DNA from: an uncultured Acidobacteriota bacterium
GTDB taxonomy: Bacteria > Acidobacteriota > Thermoanaerobaculia > Multivoradales > SZUA-115
Assembly (NCBI GenBank): GCA_963805975.1
Contig: CAWDVR010000002.1
Location: 384,001 to 448,000, forward strand
Direction of reading: 5' to 3'
DNA length: 64,000 nucleotides
The position numbers and the translations under genes were made by a program. This document shows positions 6,978-16,481 of this stretch, one piece after another. The notes beneath the pieces were generated by a model. That model searched no databases. It was not told the DNA's origin and saw only the letters and a program-made list of their open reading frames with translations. Each line of letters opens with the position of its first letter. The stretch's first letter is position 1.

Positions 6978-9803
6978 ATGGTGAGCGAGCATCCGTTTGC
7001 GCTGCGCCGGGCCGATCTGATCTGGCTCGTCGCCTCGGTGCTCGCCCTCGTCCCCTGCCTCTACTACCCCTATCGCTCGGTCGTCCCCCATCTCGGCTTC
7101 ACGCTGGCTCACGACTGGTCGGTGCGCGGCACGGAGCCCTGCCCGGCCGGGGAGAGCTGCCTCCAGGTGGGAGACCGCGTGCTCTCGATCGGCAGCGTGA
7201 GCCTCGAGCAGTTCTCGGCGAGCCGCACCCTGAGCCCGTTCGGCGCCTTCGAGAAGCCGGGCACGGTCGAGGTCCGGGTGCTGCGCGACGGCCGCGAGCA
7301 GGACCTCGAGCTCAAGACCCACCCCAGCCTGGCCGGCCTGCAGCGCATCGACGCCCTGATCGTGCTCTTCCCGTTCGTCTTCTGGCTGATGGGCACGGTG
7401 GTGATCATCTTCCTGCGGCCGAGGGACGAGCGCTGGCTGGTGCTGATGCTCTTCCACTACGTGACGGCGGTGTGGTTCGCCGCCGGGCTCGCGTCGTCCC
7501 GCCAGCTCGGCGGGGCCGGCCTCGTCTTCCACCTCTTCGTCTGGTTCTTTCCGCCGCTCGCCGTCCACCTGCACCTGATCCTGCCCGCGCCCCTGGTCTG
7601 GAGCCGCCGCTGGCGGGTGCTGGCGCCGCTCTACGCGGCGTCCGTGGTCTTCGCCGCGCTCGACCTGCTGCAGCTCCTGGGCGAGCTGCGCTACCTCTAC
7701 GTGCTGTGGTTCCTGGCCGGGCTGACGCTCGCCTTCGGCCTGCTCGTGGCACGCCTCTTCGTGCCCGCCTCGCCGGCGGCGCGCACCGCCACCCGCATCA
7801 TGCTCTACGGCGTGGCCGTCGGCTTCGGCCCGGTGCTCGTGTTCCTGATCCCCGCGACCCTGGCGCCGGACCTCCTGGCGGCGCGGCCGGACCTGGCCTC
7901 GGTCTGGCCTCTGTCGCTCGCCATCTCGCTGGTCGCGATCCCCATCCTGCCGCTGTCGTACTTCTACGCCATCTACAAGCACCATCTCGGCGCGCTCGAG
8001 TTCCGGGCCAACCGTCTGCTCGGTGTCTACAGCTTCTTCTCGCTCTACATCGCCTTCTACGTGGTGGCCCTGTTCCTGGCCCTCCGGAACTGGGGAGCGG
8101 TCGACAGCCGCGCGCTGGGCGCGACCCTCGCCATCTCGCTGGTCTTCGTGTCCGTGGCGCCCTTCCTGCGCAACCGCTTCCAGGCCCTGGTGGACCGCCA
8201 CGTGTTCGGCATCCGTCACAGCCCGGAGGAGGTGGTGCGGCTGGTGGCCTCGAAGATCCCCACCGCGTTCAACCGCGCGGTCCTGGCGCAGGTGGTGGTC
8301 GAGGAGATTCTGCCCACGCTCCTCATTCGGCAGTCGGCCCTCCATCTGTTCACCGACGACGACACCGAGACCCTCTACGAGCAGGGGCTGGCGGAGGAGA
8401 CGAGACGACCTACGCCGGAGGAGCTGCGGCTGCTGCTCCACCGGGCGGGCCGCTACCTGCCGCCGGCGCAGGCCGTGGCCTCCCAGCCCTGGGCGCGGCT
8501 CGCGATCCCACTCGGCATCCAGGCCGAGGCGATCGGCGTCTGGCTCTTCGGGCGGCGCGACCCGGACGACCACTACCCGGCGGCCGACATCCAGCTCCTC
8601 TCGACCGTCGCCAACCAGATCGCGCCCATGCTCGAAAACATCCGGCTCTACGAGCGGGCGCAGCAGGAGATCGCCCAGCGGCGAGCCGCCGAGGAGGAGA
8701 TCCGGGCGAGCCGCGAGCGCTACCGCAACCTCTTCGAGGCCACGCTCGAGGGCATCGCCATCGTCAAGAACGGAGTCATCCTGGAGGTCAACCAGGCGCT
8801 GCTCGGGATCTTCGGCTACGCCCCCTACGACCTCACCGGGCGGGCGCTCTCGACGCTGCTGGCGACCGACGAGGCGACCCTCACCGCCGAGCCCAGGGAG
8901 GGCACCGGGGAGAAGCGGGACGGCAGCTCGGTGACGCTCGAGATCGCGGCCCAGAAGTACGTCTTCCAGGGCGAGGACGTGACCGTGGTGGCGGTGCGCG
9001 ACATCGAGCGCCGCAAGCGCAACGAGGAAGAGAACCGCCACCTCCAGCGCCAGCTCCTCCACTCGCAGAAGATGGAGGCCATCGGCCGGCTGTCGGCGGG
9101 GGTCGCCCACGACTTCAACAACTGCCTGCTCGCCATCTTTGGCTTCAGCGATTTCCTGCTGGCGCGCGCCGGCAACGACGAGCTCCTGCTGCGCGGCCTC
9201 TCCGGCATCCGCGAGGCGGGCGAGAAGGCCGCGGCGCTCACCAAGCAGCTCCTGGTCTTCACCCGCCAGCAGCCCATGGAGCCGCAGGTGATGAGCTTGA
9301 ACGCCGTGGTCTCCGGCGTCGAGAAGATGGTGCGTGGCGTGCTGGGCGAGAAGGTGGACCTCGTCACCCGCCTGGCCCCGGACCTGCCCGACGTGCGCAT
9401 CGACCCGGTGCAGGTCGAGCAGGTGATCCTCAACCTGGCCGTCAACGCCCACGACGCCATGCCGCGCGGCGGCCGGCTGACCGTCGAGACCGAGCCGGTG
9501 GACCTGGCGGCCGGCACCACGCCCCACCCGGACCTCGCTCCCGGCCGCTACGCCCAGCTCACGGTTGCCGACACCGGAGAGGGGATGGACTTCGACATCC
9601 AGGGCCGGGTCTTCGAGCCTTTCTTCAGCACCAAGAAGCTGGGGGAGGGAACGGGCCTGGGGCTCTCGACCGCCTACGGCATCGTGCACCAGAGCGGCGG
9701 CCACATCACCGTGGCGAGCGCCCCGGGGCGGGGCGCCACGTTCACCATCTACCTGCCGGCGGCGGGCGGCGGGCTCATCCCAGCGCCAGCCGTGGCCCGG
9801 TGA
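6978..9803 (+). CDS. Sensor histidine kinase: TM, PDZ-like loop, multiple TM helices, GAF-like, PAS, HisKA, HATPase
   Basis: PDZ-like LQVGDRVLSIG..VEVRVLRDG; about 8-9 further hydrophobic segments; H-box GVAHDFNN; N-box QVILNLAVNA; G1 DTGEGM; F EPFFSTK; G2 GTGLGL. No C-terminal REC domain. Confidence 0.92.
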   Translation: MVSEHPFALRRADLIWLVASVLALVPCLYYPYRSVVPHLGFTLAHDWSVRGTEPCPAGESCLQVGDRVLSIGSVSLEQFSASRTLSPFGAFEKPGTVEVRVLRDGREQDLELKTHPSLAGLQRIDALIVLFPFVFWLMGTVVIIFLRPRDERWLVLMLFHYVTAVWFAAGLASSRQLGGAGLVFHLFVWFFPPLAVHLHLILPAPLVWSRRWRVLAPLYAASVVFAALDLLQLLGELRYLYVLWFLAGLTLAFGLLVARLFVPASPAARTATRIMLYGVAVGFGPVLVFLIPATLAPDLLAARPDLASVWPLSLAISLVAIPILPLSYFYAIYKHHLGALEFRANRLLGVYSFFSLYIAFYVVALFLALRNWGAVDSRALGATLAISLVFVSVAPFLRNRFQALVDRHVFGIRHSPEEVVRLVASKIPTAFNRAVLAQVVVEEILPTLLIRQSALHLFTDDDTETLYEQGLAEETRRPTPEELRLLLHRAGRYLPPAQAVASQPWARLAIPLGIQAEAIGVWLFGRRDPDDHYPAADIQLLSTVANQIAPMLENIRLYERAQQEIAQRRAAEEEIRASRERYRNLFEATLEGIAIVKNGVILEVNQALLGIFGYAPYDLTGRALSTLLATDEATLTAEPREGTGEKRDGSSVTLEIAAQKYVFQGEDVTVVAVRDIERRKRNEEENRHLQRQLLHSQKMEAIGRLSAGVAHDFNNCLLAIFGFSDFLLARAGNDELLLRGLSGIREAGEKAAALTKQLLVFTRQQPMEPQVMSLNAVVSGVEKMVRGVLGEKVDLVTRLAPDLPDVRIDPVQVEQVILNLAVNAHDAMPRGGRLTVETEPVDLAAGTTPHPDLAPGRYAQLTVADTGEGMDFDIQGRVFEPFFSTKKLGEGTGLGLSTAYGIVHQSGGHITVASAPGRGATFTIYLPAAGGGLIPAPAVAR

Positions 9804-10077
9804 TCCGCTCGCTCCGGCACTCGGGGCAGCGGCTCGGCGGGTGCAGGTGACGGGCCGCGCGCTCGCGAAACACGAAGCCGCACTCGGCGCACGCCGCGGG
9901 CTCGACCGTGAGCTTCCTGCCACTGCCCCGCGCGCTCTTCTCGAGGTGCCGCAGGTCCTCCGCCAGGAGCCCCACCGGCACCGCCAGCTCCCGCCGCAGC
10001 TCCTCGAACCCCCACAAGCCCATGGCGAGCATCTCGGCAATCTGCTGCCGGCGGGTGGAGGAGTCGGAGGTGGGCAT
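9775..10077 (-). CDS. Small HTH + Zn-ribbon protein (COG3357-like putative transcriptional regulator)
   Basis: TRRQQIAEML, EDLRHLEKSA, CAECGFVF and PSRCPECRSERI (two CxxC). Confidence 0.8.
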   Translation of the reverse strand: MPTSDSSTRRQQIAEMLAMGLWGFEELRRELAVPVGLLAEDLRHLEKSARGSGRKLTVEPAACAECGFVFRERAARHLHPPSRCPECRSERITGPRLALG

Positions 10078-10100
10078 GACGTGCAGCAGGAGAAGAGTGG

Positions 10101-10514
10101 CTAAACGCTTCCCCGTTCGACCACCCATTCCACAGGTTGGCGAGTGACCGAGGCGATGAGGTCGAAATCGCGGTCGTAGTGCAGGACGGTCAGGGCAGCC
10201 TGCTCACCGGCCGCCGCAATCAGCAGATCGTTGATCGGGACTCGGTGGTGGCCCGTCTTCGCGAGCTCCCGTTGGACCGAGAGTGCCCGCTCGAAGGTGC
10301 CCTCAGTCAAGGGGACCGACCTGTAGGCGAACTTCCGCCTCTGGCGGATGGCGTCGTAGTCGGCCAGGTTTCGGGCGCTGAAGAGAACCTCCAGGTCGAT
10401 CACCGCGCAGGTCGCCACCTGGCCGGTCTCGATCAGCGGTGCCAACCGCGCTTCGACCGCCGGAATCGTCATCCGCGCCAGGGCGCTCTTGTCCAGCAGG
10501 TACCTGGCGGTCAT
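10101..10514 (-). CDS. vapC: VapC-family PIN-domain toxin
   Basis: YLLDKSAL, LEVLFSAR, DLLIAAA, VLHYDRDFD; ATGA overlap with the upstream antitoxin. Confidence 0.9.
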   Translation of the reverse strand: MTARYLLDKSALARMTIPAVEARLAPLIETGQVATCAVIDLEVLFSARNLADYDAIRQRRKFAYRSVPLTEGTFERALSVQRELAKTGHHRVPINDLLIAAAGEQAALTVLHYDRDFDLIASVTRQPVEWVVERGSV

Positions 10515-10726
10515 CGCCGCCAGGCACCAGCCATCACCTCGGGGTCCGCGAGGTCCATGCCTCGCATCTCCTTGAGCGCTTCCACCTCGGCACGCCGGGC
10601 TTCCTGCCTCACCACCGCCAGGAAGGCCTCGTTGATCGTGTCTTTGATGCTTCCCGTGGTGAGGATTCGTTGAGCCTCGGCTAGCAGGTTCTCGTCGATC
10701 TCTACACTGGTCTTGCGAATGGCCAT
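10511..10726 (-). CDS. vapB: VapB-family antitoxin
   Basis: RKTSVEIDENLLAEAQRIL..IKDTINEAF; 71 aa, coupled to the PIN gene. Confidence 0.85.
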   Translation of the reverse strand: MAIRKTSVEIDENLLAEAQRILTTGSIKDTINEAFLAVVRQEARRAEVEALKEMRGMDLADPEVMAGAWRR

Positions 10727-10822
10727 AGCGTCTCCGTTCCAGCGCCAGGATATCGCAGATCGTCACGCCGAGATATCGAGAGTGGCCGGATAGCGGCAAA
10801 GCCTCAGAGCACCGACTCTCTC

Positions 10823-13270
10823 CTACTCGCTCTTCAACGTAACCGCCGGGTCGACTCTCGTCGCCCGGTGGGCCGGAATGAAGCAGGCGACGAAGGCCAC
10901 GGCGAGGAGGAGACCGGCCACCGCGGCGTAGGTCGCCGGGTCGGTGGGGGCGACCTCGAAGAGCACTGTCCCGATGAGCTTCCTCGCCGCGAACGCGCCG
11001 GCGAGGCCCAGGGCCAGGCCGCAGGCAACGAGCGCGAGCCCCCGCGAGATGACCAGCTTGAAAACGCCGCCGGGCCGCGAGCCGAGTGCCATGCGCACCC
11101 CCACCTCGTGCCGGCGCTCTTCGACGGAGTAGGACAGCACACCGTAGGTGCCCACCGCCGCGAGGAGCAGGGCCACGGCGCCGAAGACGGCGACCAGGAG
11201 GGTCAGCAGGCGCGGATCGGAGACCGAGTCGGCTACCGCGTTCTCGAGCGTTTGCAGGTCCGCCACCGGGAGGGTCGGGTCGAGCTTCGCCACCTCAGCG
11301 CGCGCCGCGGCGGCGAGCTGCAACGGGTCACCCTGGGTGCGCACCACCACGTTGCGCGTGCGAAGAGAGAAACCGACCAGAGCCTGGGACTGCTCAGCAG
11401 AGAGATAGATCTCGGTTCCCGCCGGCCGCTGGATACCACCCTGCTTGACGTCGGCCACCACGCCGACCACCGTGAACCAGGGCGTATCGTCGCTGAACTC
11501 CGGCTGCAGCCGCTTGCCGAGCGGGTTCTCCCCCGGCCAGAAGACCTGCGCCAGGCGCTGGTTGACTACCACCACGGGGGTCGTCGACTGCGCGTCCTGG
11601 CGCTCCAGCACGCGGCCGGAGAGCAGGCGGATCTTCATCGTCTCGAAGTATTGCTGCGAGGCGAACTGGTAGTAGTCCACGTTCTGGATCGGGCCGTCCG
11701 GCGGGCCGGGCACGCCCTCGAAATTGGTGTCGTTGGCGTCCATGTCGCGCACCGGCGGCAGGCCGCTCATCGCCGCCGCCGCTTCCACCCCCGGCAGCGC
11801 CCGCAGGTTCTCGAGCAGCCGGTCGTAGAAGGCACGGGTGGCCACGCCATCGGCGTAAGACGATTGCGGCAGCGAGAGCTGGAAGGTGAGTGCCCCCTTG
11901 GGCTCGAAACCCGGATCGACCTGCTGCAAGGTCCAGAAGCTCTTGAGCAGCAGGCCGGCGCCGATCACCAGCACGAAGGCGAGCGCCACTTCCGCCACCA
12001 CCAGCCCGGCGCGGAACAGGCGCCGGCCGCGGCCGGCGGTCGAGCGCGTGCCTGCCTTCAGGCTGACGAAAAAAGTCCGCGCCCGCGCGTGGAGGGCCGG
12101 GGCCAGGCCGAAGAGCAGGCCGGTCGCGATCGCCACCGCCAGGGTGTAGGCGAGGAGCGGCAGGTCGAGGCCGACCGAGCTCACCCGCACCACGCTGCCG
12201 GGGTTGCCGGCCAGCACGGCGTTGACGCCCCACACGGCGACCACCACGCCGAGCGCCCCGCCGGCGAGCGAGAGCAGCACGCTCTCGGTCAGGAACTGCC
12301 GCGCCAGGCGCCCGCGGCCGGCGCCGAGCGCGGTGCGCACGGCCACCTCGCGCTGGCGCGCCTCGGCGCGGGCGAGGAGCAGGTTCGCCACGTTGGCGCA
12401 GGCGATCAGCAGCACCAGGCAGACGGCTCCCGCGAGGAGCAGCATCTTCGGCCGCGCGGCGCCGACCAGGTCCTCCTTGAGCGGCTGGAGGACCAGCGGA
12501 TGGTTCTCGGGGCTCGGCACGTGGGTGTCCGGCAAGTCGTCCCGCCAGCGCCGGACCAGACCGGCCAGCTCCTCTTTCGCCTGCGCCACCGAGACTCCCG
12601 GCCGCAGGCGGCCGATCAGGTAGAGGTAATGACTGCCGCGCCCGCCGGGGTTGGCCGGGTCGAGGGCGAGCGGCACCCAGGCTTCGACCCGTGCGTCCTC
12701 GACGTCGAAGCTCGCCGGCATGATGCCGACCACCGTGCGCGCCGTGCCGTCCACCTCGACCGTGCGGCCCACGAGGCCGGGGTCGGCGGCGAAGGACCGG
12801 CGCCACAGGTTCTCGCCGAGCACCACCACCGGCGGCGCGTTCGGTAGATCCTCCTCGGCGTTGTAGGGCCGGCCGGCCACGGGCTTGGCGCCCAGCGCCG
12901 TGAAGAGGCTCGCGGAGGCGATCGCGGAGCGCACCCGCAACGGCTCCTCGCGGGCGCCGATGTTGGCGGCGCCGGTGCGGTAGGCGCCGATCTCGAGGAA
13001 GGACTTGTTCCAGCGCCGGAGCTCGTCGTACTCCGGCGGCGAGATCCAGAAGTGAGTGAACTTCATGGTCGGGAACTGGCTGAAGATCGCCACCAGGCGC
13101 TCCGGCTGCGGGTAGGGTAAGGGCCGCAGCAGCACGGCGTGGACGACGCTGGCGATGGCGGCGTTGGCGCCCACCCCGATCGCCAGGGTGAGCACGATCA
13201 GCAGCGCCACGCCCGGGCGCCGAGCCCAGTGACGGAGGGCATAACGGACGTCTTGCAGCAGGTCGTTCAT
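10823..13270 (-). CDS. ABC transporter permease, ADOP-type (duplicated MacB_PCD/FtsX)
   Basis: LQDVRYALR, VLLRPLPYPQPERLV, LLIACANVANLLLARA, EVGVRMALG, PAHRATRVDP. Confidence 0.92.
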   Translation of the reverse strand: MNDLLQDVRYALRHWARRPGVALLIVLTLAIGVGANAAIASVVHAVLLRPLPYPQPERLVAIFSQFPTMKFTHFWISPPEYDELRRWNKSFLEIGAYRTGAANIGAREEPLRVRSAIASASLFTALGAKPVAGRPYNAEEDLPNAPPVVVLGENLWRRSFAADPGLVGRTVEVDGTARTVVGIMPASFDVEDARVEAWVPLALDPANPGGRGSHYLYLIGRLRPGVSVAQAKEELAGLVRRWRDDLPDTHVPSPENHPLVLQPLKEDLVGAARPKMLLLAGAVCLVLLIACANVANLLLARAEARQREVAVRTALGAGRGRLARQFLTESVLLSLAGGALGVVVAVWGVNAVLAGNPGSVVRVSSVGLDLPLLAYTLAVAIATGLLFGLAPALHARARTFFVSLKAGTRSTAGRGRRLFRAGLVVAEVALAFVLVIGAGLLLKSFWTLQQVDPGFEPKGALTFQLSLPQSSYADGVATRAFYDRLLENLRALPGVEAAAAMSGLPPVRDMDANDTNFEGVPGPPDGPIQNVDYYQFASQQYFETMKIRLLSGRVLERQDAQSTTPVVVVNQRLAQVFWPGENPLGKRLQPEFSDDTPWFTVVGVVADVKQGGIQRPAGTEIYLSAEQSQALVGFSLRTRNVVVRTQGDPLQLAAAARAEVAKLDPTLPVADLQTLENAVADSVSDPRLLTLLVAVFGAVALLLAAVGTYGVLSYSVEERRHEVGVRMALGSRPGGVFKLVISRGLALVACGLALGLAGAFAARKLIGTVLFEVAPTDPATYAAVAGLLLAVAFVACFIPAHRATRVDPAVTLKSE

Positions 13271-13342
13271 CGGTCTCCGCTCCTGGGCGCCCACGGCGCG
13301 AGGGACTGTTTACCTCTTCAACGAATCAGGTAGTCGAAGGTT

Positions 13343-15814
13343 TCAACCCTCGCGCAGCGCCGCCAGCGGGTCCAGCCGAGCCGCGCGGCGGGCCGGCACC
13401 AGGTTGGCGACGAAGGCCACCGCGGCGAGCAGGGCCGCCGCTCCCAGGTACACCTGCGCTTCCACGGCGCCGAGGCCGAAGAAGACCTTCGACAGGGCCA
13501 TGGTGGCGCCCACCGCGGCCAGGAGGCCGATCCCCAGGCCGATGGCCACCAGCTTCAGGCCCTGGCCGAGCACCATGCGCACGAGGTCCGCGGGGCGGGC
13601 CCCCATCGCCTGCCGGATGCCGATCTCGCGCGTGCGGCGGCCCACGGCATAGGAGACCACCCCGTAGAGGCCCAGCGCCGCGAGCAGCAGGGCGAGCGCG
13701 CCGAAGCTGCCAAAGAGCACCGAGCCGAGGCGGGCCGGCGTCACCGTGTGGGCGATCGACCCCTCCATGCTCTGCGACTCCAGGATCAAGAGCTGCGGCT
13801 CGACCGCCAGCACCGCCTTGCGCAGGGTGGCGGCCAGCGTCAGGCCGTCGCCCCGGCCGCGCGCCACCAGGCTCGCCGAGGGCGTGTAGCGGCGGTCGCG
13901 CACGAAGTGGACGAAGGGCCGCGGCGGCTCCCCCACCGTGCGCACCTTGTGGTTGGCGGCGACCCCCACCACCTCGTAGAAGGGGCCCGCGGGCCCGAGG
14001 GTGGAGAAGCGCTTGCCGAGCGCCTCCTCGCCGGGCCAGAACTTCTCGGCGAAGGTCTGGTTCACCACGACTACCCGCTGGTCCTCGGCCACGATGTCGC
14101 GGCCGTAGAGGAGCGGCACGCCCAGGGTCTCGAAGTAGCCGGGGCTGACGTTGGTCACGTCGACGGAGACCCCGTCATCGTCGGGACCGGACGACTGGCC
14201 CTCGATGAACACTGCGGTCATGTGGTTGTTGAAGGTGAACGGCAGGCGCTCGGAGTAGGAAGCCGCCTCGACCTCGGGCAACGCCCGCACGCGCTCGATC
14301 AGGGTGCGGTAGAAGGCCTTGCCCTGCTCCTCGGTGTAGCGCACCGAGCCGAGGTCGAAGGTGACGAAGGCCAGCTTCTCCGGGCGGAAGCCCAAGTCGG
14401 CCGCGAGCGAGCGGCCCATGCTCCGGAGCAGCAGGCCCGCGAGCACGAGCAGGAACAGCGTCACCGCCACCTGCCCCACCACCAGCGCGTCGCGCAGCGC
14501 GAACCTGCGGCCCGCCTCGGCGGCGGCGCCCTCGGACTTGAGGCTCGCCACCAGGTTGGGCCGCGTGGCGCGGAGCGCCGGCGCCAGGCCGAAGAGCACC
14601 GCCGCCACGGCCGAGACCCCGAGCGTGAATAGGAACGCGGAAAGATCGAGCTGAAGGTCCAGCGCCAGCTTCACCGGGACCGGCGGCTGCCAGGCGCCGA
14701 GCGCCTCGTTCGCCCAGTAGGCCGCGAGCAGGGCGACCGCTCCCGCCGCCAGGGAGAGCAGCAGGCTCTCGGTCAGGAGCTGGCGCACCAGACGGCTGCG
14801 CGAGGCGCCGATCGCCAGCCTCACGCCGATCTCCTTGCGCCGCGCCGTGGCGCGCGCCAGGAGCATGTTGGCGACGTTGGCACACGCCACCAGCAGCACC
14901 AGCGCCACCACGGCCATCAGCACCGCGCCGGCCGGGCCGAGGCTCGAGTCCAGGGCGGGATGGATGCGCACTTTGTTGGTGGGGATCACGCTCACCCGGC
15001 GGCCCTCGTTGGTGGCCGGGTGCTCGCGTTCGAGGCGCGCCATCACCAGTCCGAGGTTGGCCCGCGCCTCCTCTGCCGTCACCCCGGGCTCGAGGCGGCC
15101 GGTGAGGAACATCCAGCGCCGGCCGCGCTGTTCGCGGCGGGTCTTGCCGGGCTCCGCCCCGGTCACGTCCTGCATGCCCACCGGCTCGACCTCCTCCACC
15201 ATCGCGCTCGGCACCCAGAGGTCGGGAGCGGCGCCGGCGGTCATGCCGTGGAAGCCTCGCGGAGCGACGCCCACGATGGTGAAGTCCATGCCGCGCAGGC
15301 GGAGCGCCTTGCCCACCGCGGCCGGGTCCGCGCCGTAGCGCCGGGTCCAGAAGCCGTGGGAGAGGATCACCACCGGCCGCTCCTTCTCGACCGTGTCCTC
15401 CTCCGCCAGGAAGGCGCGGCCCAGCACCGGCCGCACCCCCAGCACGTCGAAGTAGTTGGCCGTCACCACCTCGCCGAAGGCGAGCTCCGAGGCGTCGTCG
15501 CGCGACAGCGCCGCGAACATCAGGCTGTGGCCGGCCAGGCCCCGGAGCACGCCGTTGCCGGCCTGGAGGTCCAGGTAGTCGAGGTAGGAGGTGGTGGAGT
15601 AGGCGCTGCTCTGGCCGTCGTTGGTGTAGATCGATACCAGCTCGTTCGGCTTCTCGACCGGCAGCGGCCGCAGGAGCACGGAGTTGACCAGGCCGAAGAT
15701 CACCGTGTTGAGGCCGATGCCGAGCACCAGAGACGCCACGGCCGCGGCGGTGAAGCCCGGCCGATCCCGAAAGCCCCGCAGGGCATACCGCAAGTCCTTG
15801 AGCAGGGTCTCCAT
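13343..15814 (-). CDS. ABC transporter permease, ADOP-type (duplicated MacB_PCD/FtsX)
   Basis: LKDLRYALR, VLLRPLPV, LLVACANVANMLLARA, REIGIRQAMGA, PARRAARLDP. Confidence 0.92.
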   Translation of the reverse strand: METLLKDLRYALRGFRDRPGFTAAAVASLVLGIGLNTVIFGLVNSVLLRPLPVEKPNELVSIYTNDGQSSAYSTTSYLDYLDLQAGNGVLRGLAGHSLMFAALSRDDASELAFGEVVTANYFDVLGVRPVLGRAFLAEEDTVEKERPVVILSHGFWTRRYGADPAAVGKALRLRGMDFTIVGVAPRGFHGMTAGAAPDLWVPSAMVEEVEPVGMQDVTGAEPGKTRREQRGRRWMFLTGRLEPGVTAEEARANLGLVMARLEREHPATNEGRRVSVIPTNKVRIHPALDSSLGPAGAVLMAVVALVLLVACANVANMLLARATARRKEIGVRLAIGASRSRLVRQLLTESLLLSLAAGAVALLAAYWANEALGAWQPPVPVKLALDLQLDLSAFLFTLGVSAVAAVLFGLAPALRATRPNLVASLKSEGAAAEAGRRFALRDALVVGQVAVTLFLLVLAGLLLRSMGRSLAADLGFRPEKLAFVTFDLGSVRYTEEQGKAFYRTLIERVRALPEVEAASYSERLPFTFNNHMTAVFIEGQSSGPDDDGVSVDVTNVSPGYFETLGVPLLYGRDIVAEDQRVVVVNQTFAEKFWPGEEALGKRFSTLGPAGPFYEVVGVAANHKVRTVGEPPRPFVHFVRDRRYTPSASLVARGRGDGLTLAATLRKAVLAVEPQLLILESQSMEGSIAHTVTPARLGSVLFGSFGALALLLAALGLYGVVSYAVGRRTREIGIRQAMGARPADLVRMVLGQGLKLVAIGLGIGLLAAVGATMALSKVFFGLGAVEAQVYLGAAALLAAVAFVANLVPARRAARLDPLAALREG

Positions 15815-15878
15815 GTCCTCGCCGCCTTTCGAGTCGTTGCCCGCCCTACGGCGGCGGGGGGCGGCGGGTTTCAGGCGG

Positions 15879-16481
15879 CTACGGCGGCGAGCCCAGGTCG
15901 ATCTCTTTCAAGGCCTGCAAAGCCCGCTGCAAGCGCTCGATCTCGGCGAGCTTGGCGGCGAGGTCCTTGGAGAGGGTGGCGACCCGCGAGCGCAGGCTGG
16001 CGAGCTCGAGGGTGAGCTTCTCGCCGTTGGTGTCCGCGGTCTCGGCCTTTTCGCCCGCGGTGGCGATCCGCTGCTCGAGCTCGGCCAGGGCGCGCTCGCG
16101 GTCGGCCGCCGTGCCGCGTGCCGATTCGAGCTCGGCTTCGAGCCCGGTGAGCTCGGTTTCGTGCTCGAGGAGCACCCGGGCCGGCACGGCGTAGGGGCTC
16201 CGGGGAAAGCCCCAGAGCAGACGCTCGAGATAGCGCCGGGCCGCGGCCCGATCCTCGATGCCGGAGCCGGTGAGCGAGCGGCAGGCGGCGAGCCGGAAGA
16301 GCACGGCGTCGAGGTCCGGGACGCGCTTCACCTCTTGCAGCAACCGCTCGTAGGCGGCGACCGCGGACTTGCAGTCGCCCGCGGCGAGCGCCTGGTCCCC
16401 CTGCCGCGAGAGGGGGGTCGAAGCGCAGGCCAGGGCGCCGAAGGACAGGACCATGAGCACGGCCTGCGCGGCCGCCCTCAC
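15879..16481 (-). CDS. Putative lipoprotein with TPR-like helices and C-terminal coiled coil (QseG/YfhG-like position)
   Basis: GTG start overlaps the kinase TGA; lipobox-like GALAC; coiled-coil tail IERLQRALQALKEIDL. Confidence 0.7.
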   Translation of the reverse strand: MRAAAQAVLMVLSFGALACASTPLSRQGDQALAAGDCKSAVAAYERLLQEVKRVPDLDAVLFRLAACRSLTGSGIEDRAAARRYLERLLWGFPRSPYAVPARVLLEHETELTGLEAELESARGTAADRERALAELEQRIATAGEKAETADTNGEKLTLELASLRSRVATLSKDLAAKLAEIERLQRALQALKEIDLGSPP

